This document shows positions 19,210 through 29,700 of a DNA stretch of 64,000 nt, in pieces. The position numbers were made by a program, and so were the translations under genes. The notes beneath the pieces are model-generated. The model was not told the origin of the DNA and did no database searches. It saw only the letters and a program-made list of their open reading frames with translations. The number at the start of each line of letters is the position of its first letter. Positions within the stretch are counted from its first letter, which is position 1. This DNA is from Candidatus Nomurabacteria bacterium. Its GTDB lineage: Bacteria; Patescibacteriota; Minisyncoccia; Phycocordibacterales; UBA9973. The stretch is from assembly GCA_026395915.1 (NCBI GenBank), contig JAPLXU010000015.1, forward strand, positions 85 to 64,084. Direction: 5' to 3'.

Positions 19210-20229
19210 ATGTCAAAATTATACGAAGAGCATGAAAGCAGGGTGATAAATACAGATGGTCAATTCAAATATGTCATGGCAATTACTCTCGATCCGCGAA
19301 CGAATTACAAGGAGGGTATAGCGCGTTGCATTACTAGTCGAAGCGGAGACCTCATGTTTAGAGGCAATACTGACCGAAGTGAATTGCATAAAATAAGAGG
19401 AAGTTCTCTGGAACATTTTGAAATAGGCGAAAGGCTGAATATCAAGAACGAAAAAGAAATTATTGAGAAGCTTGTTAAAGAAGGAGATGATTTTATTGGA
19501 TTAGAAGATCCAGACATTTGGATAGATGAAAAGACAGATTTAATGCATGTTTATTTTACGATACCGATTATACCCAAAAATAAAAATGAAAAGGTTAATG
19601 TTCACTTAGGTCATGCTTTCGGAAAAAATTTAGATTCTTTGGAGATGACTATGCCTGTTCTCCTTGGCACATATAAAATTGGCGCCAAAGAAGTATCTAT
19701 TGCTCCAGTCAATTCAAAAGGTTTTCGTTATAATCTCATTGAATCAAAAGATCGTCAAAATGATACGACTTATTCTACTGTTAAAGTAGCGATTTCAAAA
19801 GAAATGGGCGAACCTTGGGAATATGGCGAGACAGTTTTTCATCCTAAAGAGCACAACATTTCTTGGATTGCCGGTCATGCTTCGCCTGGTCCGCTTTTTT
19901 CAAAAAATTTCATCGATGTTGGCAAAAACAAATTGTTGGGCGTGATAAATGGCAGGGAAGTTAATCAGAAAGTTGACGACAAAATAAAATATGGCATGTT
20001 TTCAGTCGGTCTTTTTGTTTATGACTATGAAAATGGTAAGATAGATTGGGTCTCGCCTGAGCCCTTGATTATCGACAGCGAAGCCAAAACTATTACCTTC
20101 GCGAGTCAGTTTGTGGAAACAGGGAAAGGAGAAGGCATTTTGTACGCTCATGTGGACGATTCATTCGTGCGAGCTTATACGCTTAAAGCCGAATTATTAA
20201 AATCAGTATTACCAAAACAATTTATTTAA
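19210..20229 (+). CDS. Divergent five-bladed propeller glycosidase-like protein
   Basis: GLEDPDIW motif; lies between GH130-like genes. Confidence 0.6.
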   Translation: MSKLYEEHESRVINTDGQFKYVMAITLDPRTNYKEGIARCITSRSGDLMFRGNTDRSELHKIRGSSLEHFEIGERLNIKNEKEIIEKLVKEGDDFIGLEDPDIWIDEKTDLMHVYFTIPIIPKNKNEKVNVHLGHAFGKNLDSLEMTMPVLLGTYKIGAKEVSIAPVNSKGFRYNLIESKDRQNDTTYSTVKVAISKEMGEPWEYGETVFHPKEHNISWIAGHASPGPLFSKNFIDVGKNKLLGVINGREVNQKVDDKIKYGMFSVGLFVYDYENGKIDWVSPEPLIIDSEAKTITFASQFVETGKGEGILYAHVDDSFVRAYTLKAELLKSVLPKQFI

Positions 20230-20242
20230 TTTTGAAAATTTT

Positions 20243-22174
20243 ATGTTTGTCCTAAAAAGATCTCATCACAACCCGATTCTTGCGCCATATAGAGACCACT
20301 ATTGGGAAGCTTTCGCTTCTTTCAATATGAGTGTTATCAAAAAAGGAAAAACTTTTTACGGCGTGTATCGAGCTATCGGTTTAGAAGATAAACTGCGTAC
20401 TCCGAAACAAATTTCCATCATAGGCATAGGCAAAAGCGAGAACACTGCGCATTTCGAAGATTGCGTTCCTTTTATCACCCCCGTCGAAGAATGGGAAAGT
20501 TTTGGTTGTGAAGATCCCCGTATAACTTTTTTTGAAGGTAATTACTACACTTTTTACACAGCGCTTTCCAAGTATCCATTTGAGGCGAGTGGTATCAAAG
20601 TCGCTGTTGCAGTTTCAAAAGATCTAAAGAAAATAGATGAACGACATTTAGTGACTCCGTTTAACGCGAAAGCCATGGCGCTTTTTCCGGAACGGATAAA
20701 TGGCAAAATCACGGTTATCTTGACAGTAAATACCGACATGCCTCCTTCAAAAATCGCCATCGCTCAAGTTGATAAAATAGAAAATTTATGGAGCAAAAAG
20801 TTTTGGGACAAATGGTACGCAAATATAGATGAACACTCTATCGATTTGAAACGCTCGCAGTCTGACCATGTAGAAGTCGGAGCTCCGCCGATCAAAACTC
20901 CATATGGTTGGCTTCTTTTGTATTCGCATATTCAGAATTATTTTCCATCGCCGGAAAATTTTGATCGCATTTTTGGAATTGAAGCGGTGCTTTTCGATTT
21001 GAACAATCCGCTTAAAATAATCGGTCGCACGCAAGGTCCTATTTTGGTTCCGAGGGAATCCTACGAACTTGTTGGGCACGTTCCAGATATTGTTTTCCCT
21101 TCGGGCGCGGTTTTAGAAAAAGACACGCTTTATATTTATTATGGCGCTGCAGATACGACGACTTGTATGGCGCATGTGAACATGACCGATCTCCTCTCGA
21201 CAATGCGTCCGGAAACTTACGCGAAGTGGCACTTTAATCGCTATCCAAAGAATCCTATTATTGTTCCGGACAAAACGCATCCATGGGAAGCTCAAGCGAC
21301 TTTCAATCCAGCCGCTTTGCGTATCAAAGATACGACATATTTATTGTATCGGGCTCTTTCTCCTGATAATACTTCCGCCATCGGTTACGCGTCTTCCAAA
21401 GATGGTCTTTCTATCGATGAAAGAGGTGTAGAACCCATCTACATTCCGAGAGAAAGTTTTGAATTGAAAAAAATCGCCGGAGGAAATTCCGGTTGCGAGG
21501 ATCCAAGGTTGACAAAAATAGGCAAAAAAATCTATATGTGCTATACGGCGTTTGACGGCATCGGACCACCCCGAGTCGCTGTCACTTCTATCTCCGAAAA
21601 AGATTTTCTGAATAAAAATTGGCAATGGGAAAAACCGATTATCATTACGCCGGCCGGTTTTGACGATAAAGACACTTGCATTTTCCCTGAAAAAACTGAT
21701 GGCAAATATTTTATCCTTCATCGCGTCGGCAATGAAATTTGCGGAGATTATGTTAAATCGCTCAATTTTAAAACGCAGATAATCAAAAAATGCATCCGTA
21801 TTATTGGTCCGAGAATAAACACTTGGGACAGTTCCAAAGTCGGTATTTCCGCGCCACCACTCAAAACAGAATACGGCTGGTTGCTTCTTTATCACGGCAT
21901 TTCTAAAAACCACAATACTTATCGAGTCGGAGCGGTTTTGCTTGATCTGAAAGATCCGGCTATTGTTCTCGCGCGTACAGCCGACCCGATATTTGAACCG
22001 GAAGAATCATACGAAAAAGTTGGTGTCGTCAACAATGTTGTTTTTCCGTGTGGAATGACTTTGAAAGACGGCTTGCTTTATATATATTATGGCGGAGCGG
22101 ACACAGTCGTCGGAGTAGCAACCATAGAACTTGAAATTGTTTTGAAAGCTTTAACGAGAGATGTCAAGAAATAA
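20243..22174 (+). CDS. Tandem two-domain GH130-like protein
   Basis: GCEDPR, VFP and IYYGxAD motifs each occur twice. Confidence 0.9.
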   Translation: MFVLKRSHHNPILAPYRDHYWEAFASFNMSVIKKGKTFYGVYRAIGLEDKLRTPKQISIIGIGKSENTAHFEDCVPFITPVEEWESFGCEDPRITFFEGNYYTFYTALSKYPFEASGIKVAVAVSKDLKKIDERHLVTPFNAKAMALFPERINGKITVILTVNTDMPPSKIAIAQVDKIENLWSKKFWDKWYANIDEHSIDLKRSQSDHVEVGAPPIKTPYGWLLLYSHIQNYFPSPENFDRIFGIEAVLFDLNNPLKIIGRTQGPILVPRESYELVGHVPDIVFPSGAVLEKDTLYIYYGAADTTTCMAHVNMTDLLSTMRPETYAKWHFNRYPKNPIIVPDKTHPWEAQATFNPAALRIKDTTYLLYRALSPDNTSAIGYASSKDGLSIDERGVEPIYIPRESFELKKIAGGNSGCEDPRLTKIGKKIYMCYTAFDGIGPPRVAVTSISEKDFLNKNWQWEKPIIITPAGFDDKDTCIFPEKTDGKYFILHRVGNEICGDYVKSLNFKTQIIKKCIRIIGPRINTWDSSKVGISAPPLKTEYGWLLLYHGISKNHNTYRVGAVLLDLKDPAIVLARTADPIFEPEESYEKVGVVNNVVFPCGMTLKDGLLYIYYGGADTVVGVATIELEIVLKALTRDVKK

Positions 22175-22202
22175 AATATCTATTTTGTGGTATAATTGAC
22201 TC

Positions 22203-22601
22203 ATGCAAATAAATTTATTCGGGAAAAATATAGATTTGACGGAGGCCATCAAAGACTATGTCTTGAAAAGAGTTACTAATTTGGGCAAATTACTTTCCAC
22301 TATTGAAGAAAGAGGGGGCAAAGTGATGGTAAATTTTGAAGTTGGCAAATCTACGAAGCACCACAAGTCCGGCGAAGTTTTTCATACAGATTGTTTGATC
22401 AAGATTGATGGAAAAGAATTTTACGGTAGCGCGGACAAAGAAGACCTGTATGAAGCGATAGACGCTGTGAAAGACAGCCTATACAATGAAATAAATAAAA
22501 ATAAAGATCGCACACAAACTCTTTTCCATCGCGGAGCTCGCAGTATCAAAAAAATGATGAAAGGCCTTTCAAGAAGGAATCCTTTCACTTCGAAATACTA
22601 G
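22203..22601 (+). CDS. hpf: Ribosome hibernation factor HPF/RaiA
   Basis: NIDLTEAIKDYV...EDLYEAID. Confidence 0.9.
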   Translation: MQINLFGKNIDLTEAIKDYVLKRVTNLGKLLSTIEERGGKVMVNFEVGKSTKHHKSGEVFHTDCLIKIDGKEFYGSADKEDLYEAIDAVKDSLYNEINKNKDRTQTLFHRGARSIKKMMKGLSRRNPFTSKY

Positions 22602-23442
22602 TTTTGGTAAATTCTTCGTATTTAATTTCTTTTTTGCCTTCTGGCAAAACTCTTTTTATTACGAATTCTCCATTTTTAAATTCCGCATCAGTGATGATTA
22701 TTCTTTTACTATTTCTGAAAAAGAAAATTCTTGGCCAACCTGCGTAGGCCCTGAATTTGTTGTACAGAACATTTGGGAGCTCGGCTCCCAAATCTATCAA
22801 TCCGTCTTCTTTTTTGATTTTTTTACAATATGAGGCAATACTCTCATCTTGTGGAGTTAGTTTTATTTTTCCAGTCACGAATTCAGGTAAAGTTTTCACC
22901 AAAAGTTCTCCGCCAATTTTTATCAGACGCTTGCGTAAGTCTGGCGCCTTTTCGTTATTACCGATTGCAACTTTTTCTTGCGCTATTATCGGTCCCGAAT
23001 CCAATTCAAAAGACATTTTCTGGATTGTGACTCCTGTCTCGGTATCACCGTTTAAAATGGCTGATTCTACAGGCGAAGCGCCTCTATATTTCGGAAGAAG
23101 AGAATAGTGGATATTGATAGAGCCGAATCTTGGCATGTTTATAATTTTTTCTGATAGTATCTTGCCGTAGGCGACGACGAGAAAGAAATCTGGGATATTT
23201 TTCTCACCACTAAAATTTTCTGCTAGTTCCTTTGTATTTTCTGGCTGAATATATGGAATTTTGTTTTCTATCGCCCAAATTTTTGTTGGTGGGGGAGTTA
23301 TGATCATTTTGCGACCTTGCGGTTTATCGGGGGATGTGACAATGAGTGACGGCAAATAGCCACTCTCTTTTAGAATCTCCAAAGTTTCCGAAGCTACATC
23401 CGGCGTGCCAAAAAATATGAAATTGAGCTTTTTTGTATCCAC
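22585..23442 (-). CDS. fmt: Methionyl-tRNA formyltransferase
   Basis: FFGTP, PDKPQGR, NIHYSLLPKYRGASP, LDSGPII. Confidence 0.95.
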   Translation of the reverse strand: MDTKKLNFIFFGTPDVASETLEILKESGYLPSLIVTSPDKPQGRKMIITPPPTKIWAIENKIPYIQPENTKELAENFSGEKNIPDFFLVVAYGKILSEKIINMPRFGSINIHYSLLPKYRGASPVESAILNGDTETGVTIQKMSFELDSGPIIAQEKVAIGNNEKAPDLRKRLIKIGGELLVKTLPEFVTGKIKLTPQDESIASYCKKIKKEDGLIDLGAELPNVLYNKFRAYAGWPRIFFFRNSKRIIITDAEFKNGEFVIKRVLPEGKKEIKYEEFTKTSISK

Positions 23443-23475
23443 TTTATAACTTTATGAACTTTTACACTTTGTAAA

Positions 23476-24054
23476 CTATTTGGGTAATTCTTCTTTTACA
23501 TCCACGGCGTGGTCAATGAAAAGTATGCCGTTTAGATGATCTGTTTCATGCTGGAAAATTTGCGCGAGCAATCCTGACGCTCCGCGAGTAAACTTTTTTC
23601 CGTTTTCGTCATAAGCAGTAACGGTGGCTTTTTTAGAACGAAAAGTTTTGCCGTAAAGCGGACGGACTGACAAGCATCCTTCCGGCACCCATTCTTTTTC
23701 GCGAGAAAGTCTGGAGATTTTCGGATTGATGAAAATCATATCAACCGCGACAGGATCTTCCTGATCGGGGTCGCTGTCTCCGCTTACTAGCGGAGCGCTG
23801 CCTCTCGGCTCGCCAGCCTGCGAGACACCCCGCTCAGGAAATCCTGTCGCGAAAACTTTCCCAGAAACCACAAAGATGCGCAATGAATATCCGATTTGGG
23901 GTGCTGCAATGGCCACGCCATCATCTTGGCTTTTCAGGGCGGAAGACATTTCCCGCAATATCTTTTTTATTTTTGTTGTTTTAACATCGGAAAGTTTTAC
24001 CTCCTTAGCTGTTTCTCGCAGGACTTTTTCATTTTTCTGGAGAATTTTTTTCAT
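23476..24054 (-). CDS. def: Peptide deformylase with an in-frame palindromic insertion
   Basis: GVAIAAPQIG, EGCLS, QHETDHL. Confidence 0.95.
   Translation of the reverse strand: MKKILQKNEKVLRETAKEVKLSDVKTTKIKKILREMSSALKSQDDGVAIAAPQIGYSLRIFVVSGKVFATGFPERGVSQAGEPRGSAPLVSGDSDPDQEDPVAVDMIFINPKISRLSREKEWVPEGCLSVRPLYGKTFRSKKATVTAYDENGKKFTRGASGLLAQIFQHETDHLNGILFIDHAVDVKEELPK
23746..23851 (-). repeat. REP-like palindromic element inside def, in frame
   Basis: cgcgacaggat.../...atcctgtcgcg outer stem; core resembles 26062-26088 and 38138-38163. Confidence 0.85.
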
Positions 24055-25361
24055 TACTTTAACTCTTTTAAATACTCTAATAGTTTGCTTAATTTTACAG
24101 TGTCTTGAGATCTATTTCCCATATCTCTGACTATGACGGTATTGTCGAGCGCTTCTTTGACTCCGAAAATAAGCGCGTAGGGGATAGCAAGCCTCTCGGC
24201 AATTGCAAGTTGCGAACCTAGGCTATCCTTTGAAAGTGATTGAGAAATAGGCACATGAGCCTTTCGCAGTATTTCAATTACGTTCAAACTTTTCAGTTTT
24301 GCTTCTGTGCCGAGTTGAATGAAATAAATTTTCGGCTTTTTCAAAATACGAGGACAGAGTTTTTTATACCAAGGCGATGCGACTATTCTGTCCACTCCGA
24401 TAGAAAATCCCACGCTGGGAACATCTTTCTTGCTTCCGATCTGGCGAGCGAGATAGTCATAACGTCCGCCTCCCGCGAGAGTGAGAGGCGTGCCGTCTTC
24501 TCCGCCTTTTTGCTCAATGATTTCAAAAACTGTGCGAGTGTAATAGGAAAGTCCACGCACTAAGTTTTTATTTATGTTGTATTGGATATTCATTTCTTCC
24601 AAGTATTCCAGCACTTCTTTGAAATGTTTTTTGCAGGAAGGGCAGAGGAATGAAACGGAATCCGGAGCGCCTTCGTTTATAATTTTCGTTTTGTCTTCTT
24701 TTGAATCCAAAATCCGAAGGGGATTTGTTTTCAGACGTTCACGATCAATGGGCGCCAAATTACCGATATTTTTTCTGTAATAATTCGTAAGTTCTTTAAC
24801 GTATCCGTTTCGGCATTCCTTATCACCGATGGAATTGATATCGATGGAAAGATTTGATGCTCCAGCTTCTTCTAGAATACTTATGCAAGTTTTAATCACA
24901 AGCGCGTCCATAATACTTTTTTCGCTTCCGAGCGCGTCGCAATCAAATTGCCAGAATTGTCTGAAACGTCCACGTTGCGGTTTATCATGTCTGAAAGACG
25001 GTCCGTATTGATAAAGCATCACAGGTTGGGGGAGTGTTTGCATTCCATGTTCAATATAAGCGCGCATCATTGGCGCGGTGTGTTCAGGTCGAAGCGCTAG
25101 ATGATCTCCACCCTTGGTTTTCAAGGTGTACATTTCTTTATCGACTATATCCGTGCCCTCGCCGATGCTGGTGGTAAAAATTTCTTCATTTTCAAGCATT
25201 GGAGTTTCGATAGGTTTGAAGCCGTAATACACAGCCACTTCTTGAGCCTTTTCGAAAAATCCTTGGAATGAATAATATTCCTCGTTCATTAAATCTCTCA
25301 TTCCCTTTGGCGAAGATATTTCTGCTCCCTTATTTTTATTTTGATTAGTCATTTTCTTCAT
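24054..25361 (-). CDS. hisS: Histidine-tRNA ligase
   Basis: LRPEHTA, GRFRQF, LVRGLSYY, GGGRYD. Confidence 0.97.
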   Translation of the reverse strand: MKKMTNQNKNKGAEISSPKGMRDLMNEEYYSFQGFFEKAQEVAVYYGFKPIETPMLENEEIFTTSIGEGTDIVDKEMYTLKTKGGDHLALRPEHTAPMMRAYIEHGMQTLPQPVMLYQYGPSFRHDKPQRGRFRQFWQFDCDALGSEKSIMDALVIKTCISILEEAGASNLSIDINSIGDKECRNGYVKELTNYYRKNIGNLAPIDRERLKTNPLRILDSKEDKTKIINEGAPDSVSFLCPSCKKHFKEVLEYLEEMNIQYNINKNLVRGLSYYTRTVFEIIEQKGGEDGTPLTLAGGGRYDYLARQIGSKKDVPSVGFSIGVDRIVASPWYKKLCPRILKKPKIYFIQLGTEAKLKSLNVIEILRKAHVPISQSLSKDSLGSQLAIAERLAIPYALIFGVKEALDNTVIVRDMGNRSQDTVKLSKLLEYLKELK

Positions 25362-25366
25362 TCTTC

Positions 25367-25975
25367 CTACTTACTTGTTTGTTGATAATAACCTGGCAAA
25401 ACACCAATTTTATTTATTGGCAATAAACGCAAGAAAGCTTTTCCGGTAAAGAATTCTTTTTTTACCGGTCCCCAGAATCTTGAATCGGAACTACCGCTTC
25501 TATTGTCGCCCATAACGAAATACTCATCTGATTTTAATACGAAGTGAATGTTGTTGTCAGAGGTGTTTTTCACATAAGGTTCGTCGAGCGTAAATCCTTT
25601 TTTATTTTCGGCGTTTGTTATTGTCACCGCGCTTCCTTTTATATCAACAGTTTCGTTTGGCAGACCGATGACCCGTTTTATATAGTATTTTCCTGGGTCA
25701 AAAAATCTTACTACGAAATTTCTTGTTGGATCGTTCTTGGGGTCAAGCGGGTATTTGAAAATTACTACATCGCCTCTTGTCGGACTACCAAGTTCGTAAG
25801 ACAATTGATCCACAATCAGATAATCTCCGTTGTTGAAAGTAGGGAACATTGAAAGACCTGAAACAACAAAAGGGTCGGCTATGAACCAGCGAATCGGGAG
25901 AACTATAATAACTGCGATGAGAGTAAAACGCACAATTTCCCAAAACGACTGCATCTTTGTTTTTGTTGTTTCCAT
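25367..25975 (-). CDS. lepB: Signal peptidase I
   Basis: SMFPTF, YIKRVIGLP, GDNRSGSSDSR. Confidence 0.95.
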   Translation of the reverse strand: METTKTKMQSFWEIVRFTLIAVIIVLPIRWFIADPFVVSGLSMFPTFNNGDYLIVDQLSYELGSPTRGDVVIFKYPLDPKNDPTRNFVVRFFDPGKYYIKRVIGLPNETVDIKGSAVTITNAENKKGFTLDEPYVKNTSDNNIHFVLKSDEYFVMGDNRSGSSDSRFWGPVKKEFFTGKAFLRLLPINKIGVLPGYYQQTSK

Positions 25976-26029
25976 CGGTATAATATAGCACAAAAAATCC
26001 TTGACACATTGTCAAAATTTGTTTTTTAA

Positions 26030-26158
26030 TAAATTAAGAAAATTCCAGAATATAGCTTTTGCGGGGTTTCGAGGCTGACGAGCCGAGAACTTCAGGATTT
26101 TTTAAGCTTCAAAAAATCCGTACCAAAAAAAGTTATATTCTGGAATTTTCTTAATTTA
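26030..26158 (+). repeat. Intergenic REP/MITE-like element with 31-bp outer arms
   Basis: 26030-26060 pairs with 26128-26158 (1 mismatch); core shared with 38091-38173. Confidence 0.9.
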
Positions 26159-26180
26159 CACTTTGTGCTATGATTGAATC

Positions 26181-26708
26181 ATGAAACTTGTTGTTGGTTT
26201 GGGAAATCCGGGCGAAGAATATGTAAATACCAGGCACAATACTGGGCGGATTGTGGTTGGTTTGATAGAAGAAAAAATAGACAAAGTGAAAATTAAATTT
26301 ATCACGCCGGACACTTTCATGAACAATTCCGGCCTCGCCGTCGCCAAGGCTTTGGCGGGCAAGAAAGCCTTAAAGGATTTAATTGTGATCTATGATGATG
26401 TCGATTTGCCGTTAGGAAAAATGAAAATTTCTTTTAATCGATCTTCGGGCGGACACAATGGTTTAAATTCCATCATCAAGGCTCTAAAAAGCGAGGAATT
26501 TTTGAGAATAAGAATTGGTATATCACCGGCCACTCCAAAAGGCGTAGTCAGAAAGCCAAAAGGAGAAAAAGCGATGTTGAATTTTTTGCTGGGGGAATAT
26601 AAAAAGCCAGAATTGGAAACAATTAAAAAACTTTCCAAAAAGGTCGCCGAAGCAGTGGAAATGATTTTCACTGAAGGAAAAGATAAGGCTATGAGTTTGT
26701 ATAATTAG
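26181..26708 (+). CDS. pth: Peptidyl-tRNA hydrolase
   Basis: GLGNPG, TRHN, FMNNSG, GGHNG. Confidence 0.95.
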   Translation: MKLVVGLGNPGEEYVNTRHNTGRIVVGLIEEKIDKVKIKFITPDTFMNNSGLAVAKALAGKKALKDLIVIYDDVDLPLGKMKISFNRSSGGHNGLNSIIKALKSEEFLRIRIGISPATPKGVVRKPKGEKAMLNFLLGEYKKPELETIKKLSKKVAEAVEMIFTEGKDKAMSLYN

Positions 26709-26716
26709 TAATAATT

Positions 26717-29700
26717 TCAGACCTCTTTTAATGCCTCTATTATAATGCTCTTTTCGCCGTTGCGCAAAGAGACTTTGCCGGAAAGAGCTATGCACTTTTC
26801 AGCAATTAATATGTCTACTGATTCTTTGAATATCGATGGAAAAGTTACCGCTTCGATGGAATCCGTCAAATCCGATATTTTCAAGAATGCCATTCTTTCG
26901 TTATTTTTTGTGATTACGATTCTTGCGGTTTCTATTATTCCAGCGATGGTTATTTGCATGCCATTGCCAATTTCTTCTTTTATTTTTTTGATGTTCATAT
27001 TACGGCTTTCCAATTTCTCGCGGATGCGATCGAGTGGATGTCCGGAAATATAAAGTCCGAGTAACTCTTTTTCCCAAAGCAATTTTTCCGCTTGAGTCGC
27101 GACTTTGGCATCTTGCAATTTGAATTCCGGAGCTTTGATTGAATTTGCTCCGCCAAAAAGAGAAATCTGATTCTCGTTTTGCTTGGTTCCCTCGTGATTA
27201 TATTCAAGCATCGCTTCTCCGTTTGCGAGCATTATTCCGCGATCACCCCATTCGTCCATGCATCCTGATTTGATCAATGCCTCGAGAGATTTTTTGTTTA
27301 GATTTTTGTGTTTGATTCTGTCCAAGAAATCAGTGATTGATTTGAATTTGCCATTCAATTTTCTTTCTCTTATGATAGCGTCGGAAATATCGGTTCCCAA
27401 ATTTTTTATTGTGTAAAATCCAAATCTTATTTTTTTGCTTGTATTTGTTTCGCTTATTACTGTGTCTTTTTCTTCTGGCAAACAAGTGAACCCCCCATAA
27501 CTTTCATTGATGTGCGGAGGGAGAACTGGTATATTCATATTTTTGCATTCCTGAATTATTTCCGAAATTTTTTCTACGTCTCCGGATTCGGCTGTGAGTA
27601 TTGAAGCCATGTATTCGACAGGGTAGTTTGCTTTCATATACGCTGTTTGATATGCGACTTTTCCATACGAAGCGGCATGCGCTTTTCCGAAACCGTACGC
27701 CTGAAACGGTTCAAAAAGTTTCCAAAGTTTTTCCGCGAATTCTGGAGTTTGGCCGTTTTTTATTATTCCTTTTGTTAATTTTTCCCTTTGAGCTGCCATT
27801 TCTGCAGGTATTTTTTTGCCGACCGCTTTACGGAATTTGTCGGCTTCCTCCCAGTTGTATCCGGCGAGTTCGATAGCAGACAAGAGCAAGTCATCTTGGT
27901 ACACAATTAATCCGTAAGAATCTCCAAGATATTTTTTCATTCTAGGATCCATGTATTTCACGAGTTTTGGATTATGTTTGCGTTTGATGTATTCCGGAAT
28001 GGATTCCATCGGTCCGGGACGGTAGAGAGCGACCATAGCGTTGATGTCGTGTATCGAAGTCGGTTTCAATTCTTTCAAATATTTTGTCATACCGGAGCCG
28101 TTCAACTGGAACAGCCCTTCGGTTTGCCCACTTGCTAAAAGTCTGAAAGTTTTTTTGTCATCGAGAGGAATGTTCTCTATGTCTATATTTACGTTATAGA
28201 ATCTTTTAACCAAACTGACAGCATCCGCCAAAATGGATAAGTTTCTGATACCTAGAAAATCGAATTTCAAAAGCCCCGCTTCCTCAATATTATACATGTC
28301 GTACTGGGTGATTATTTTATTTTCTCCTTTCGGATCGTATTGAAGAGGAACATATTCTACGAGCGGTAGAGGGGAAATGACGACTCCGGCGGCGTGCACT
28401 GAGATATGTCTGACGCACCCTTCAAGTTTCTTTGCCAAGTCTATTATTTTTTTTGTGTCCTTTTCTGTATTGTATGCGGTTTTTAGTTCGGGTGTCATTT
28501 CCATCGCGTGGTCTATTGTCATAGGCATTCCTTGCGAACCCATGGGAATCATTTTTGAAAGTCTGTCGCCAACAGCGTACGGATAACCGAGAGCGCGAGC
28601 AACGTCTTTGACTGCTCCGCGCGCCATCATGGTTCCAAAAGTTCCTATTTGCGCCACTTTATCTTCTCCATATTTCTTTTTTACATACTCGATCATTTCA
28701 TCTCGTCTATTGTCAGCGTAGTCCATATCGATATCGGGAGCGGAAGGGCGGAATGGATTTAAAAATCTTTCAAAAGGGATCTTGTATTCTATTGGATTTA
28801 CATTAGTAATTCCTAACAAATATGTGGCCATCGATCCTGCGACCGATCCTCTGATTGTCGTCAAGATTCCATTTTCTTTTGCGTGTCTCAAGAGATCGCC
28901 CACCACCAAAAAGTATGGCGCGTAACCCTTATCTTTAATAACTTTTAATTCATACTCTACGCGTTCCAATGTCTCTGGTTTTTTTTCTATTTTTAATCTA
29001 TCAAATCCTAAATACACCAGCTCTCGCATTTTTTCATCAGGAGTTTTTCCATCTTCAATTTTAAAATCTGGGAAAACCCACTTGCCGAGTTCCAATTCGA
29101 GGTTGCACATATCTGCTACTTTTTTTGTGTTCTCCACTGCTTCCGGAACGTCTTTGAAAATCTCTAAAGCTTTCTCTGTGCTGATGACAGAAAAATCGTC
29201 GTCAGAAAATTCAAACTTGGCTCCGTCTTTTGCATCGCCTTGGGTGTTAATTTGAAGCAATGTATGATGCGCATCATGATCGTCACTGCAAGGGTAGTGT
29301 GAATCTTGAGTTGCGACGACAGAAACTCCGTGTTTTTTGGCAAGCGCCACCAACGAGTTGCGCACAGCTTTGTCATTTTCCACCGACGGATGGCATTGTA
29401 TTTCAATAAAATAATTTTCTTTACCGAAAATATCTTGGTATTCGAGGACTAACTCGTCCGCTTTTTTCATGTCGCCCTTCAAGACTGTCTGTGATAATTC
29501 TCCACCGAGACATCCAGACAAAGCTATCAGCCCGCCGGAATGTCTTCGCAAAATTTCCTTGTCCATTCTCGGTTTGTAATAATATCCTTCCAAGTTTGCA
29601 ATGGTTACCAGTTTTAGCAGATTTTTGTAGCCCTCCAGATTCTTTGCGAGCAAAATGAGATGGTAATAACGTTTTGTGCCTCCGGCTTCTGCCGTTCTAT

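Noticed and set aside
22585-22601. 3' overlap of hpf and fmt
   Set aside because: Short convergent overlaps are common in compact genomes
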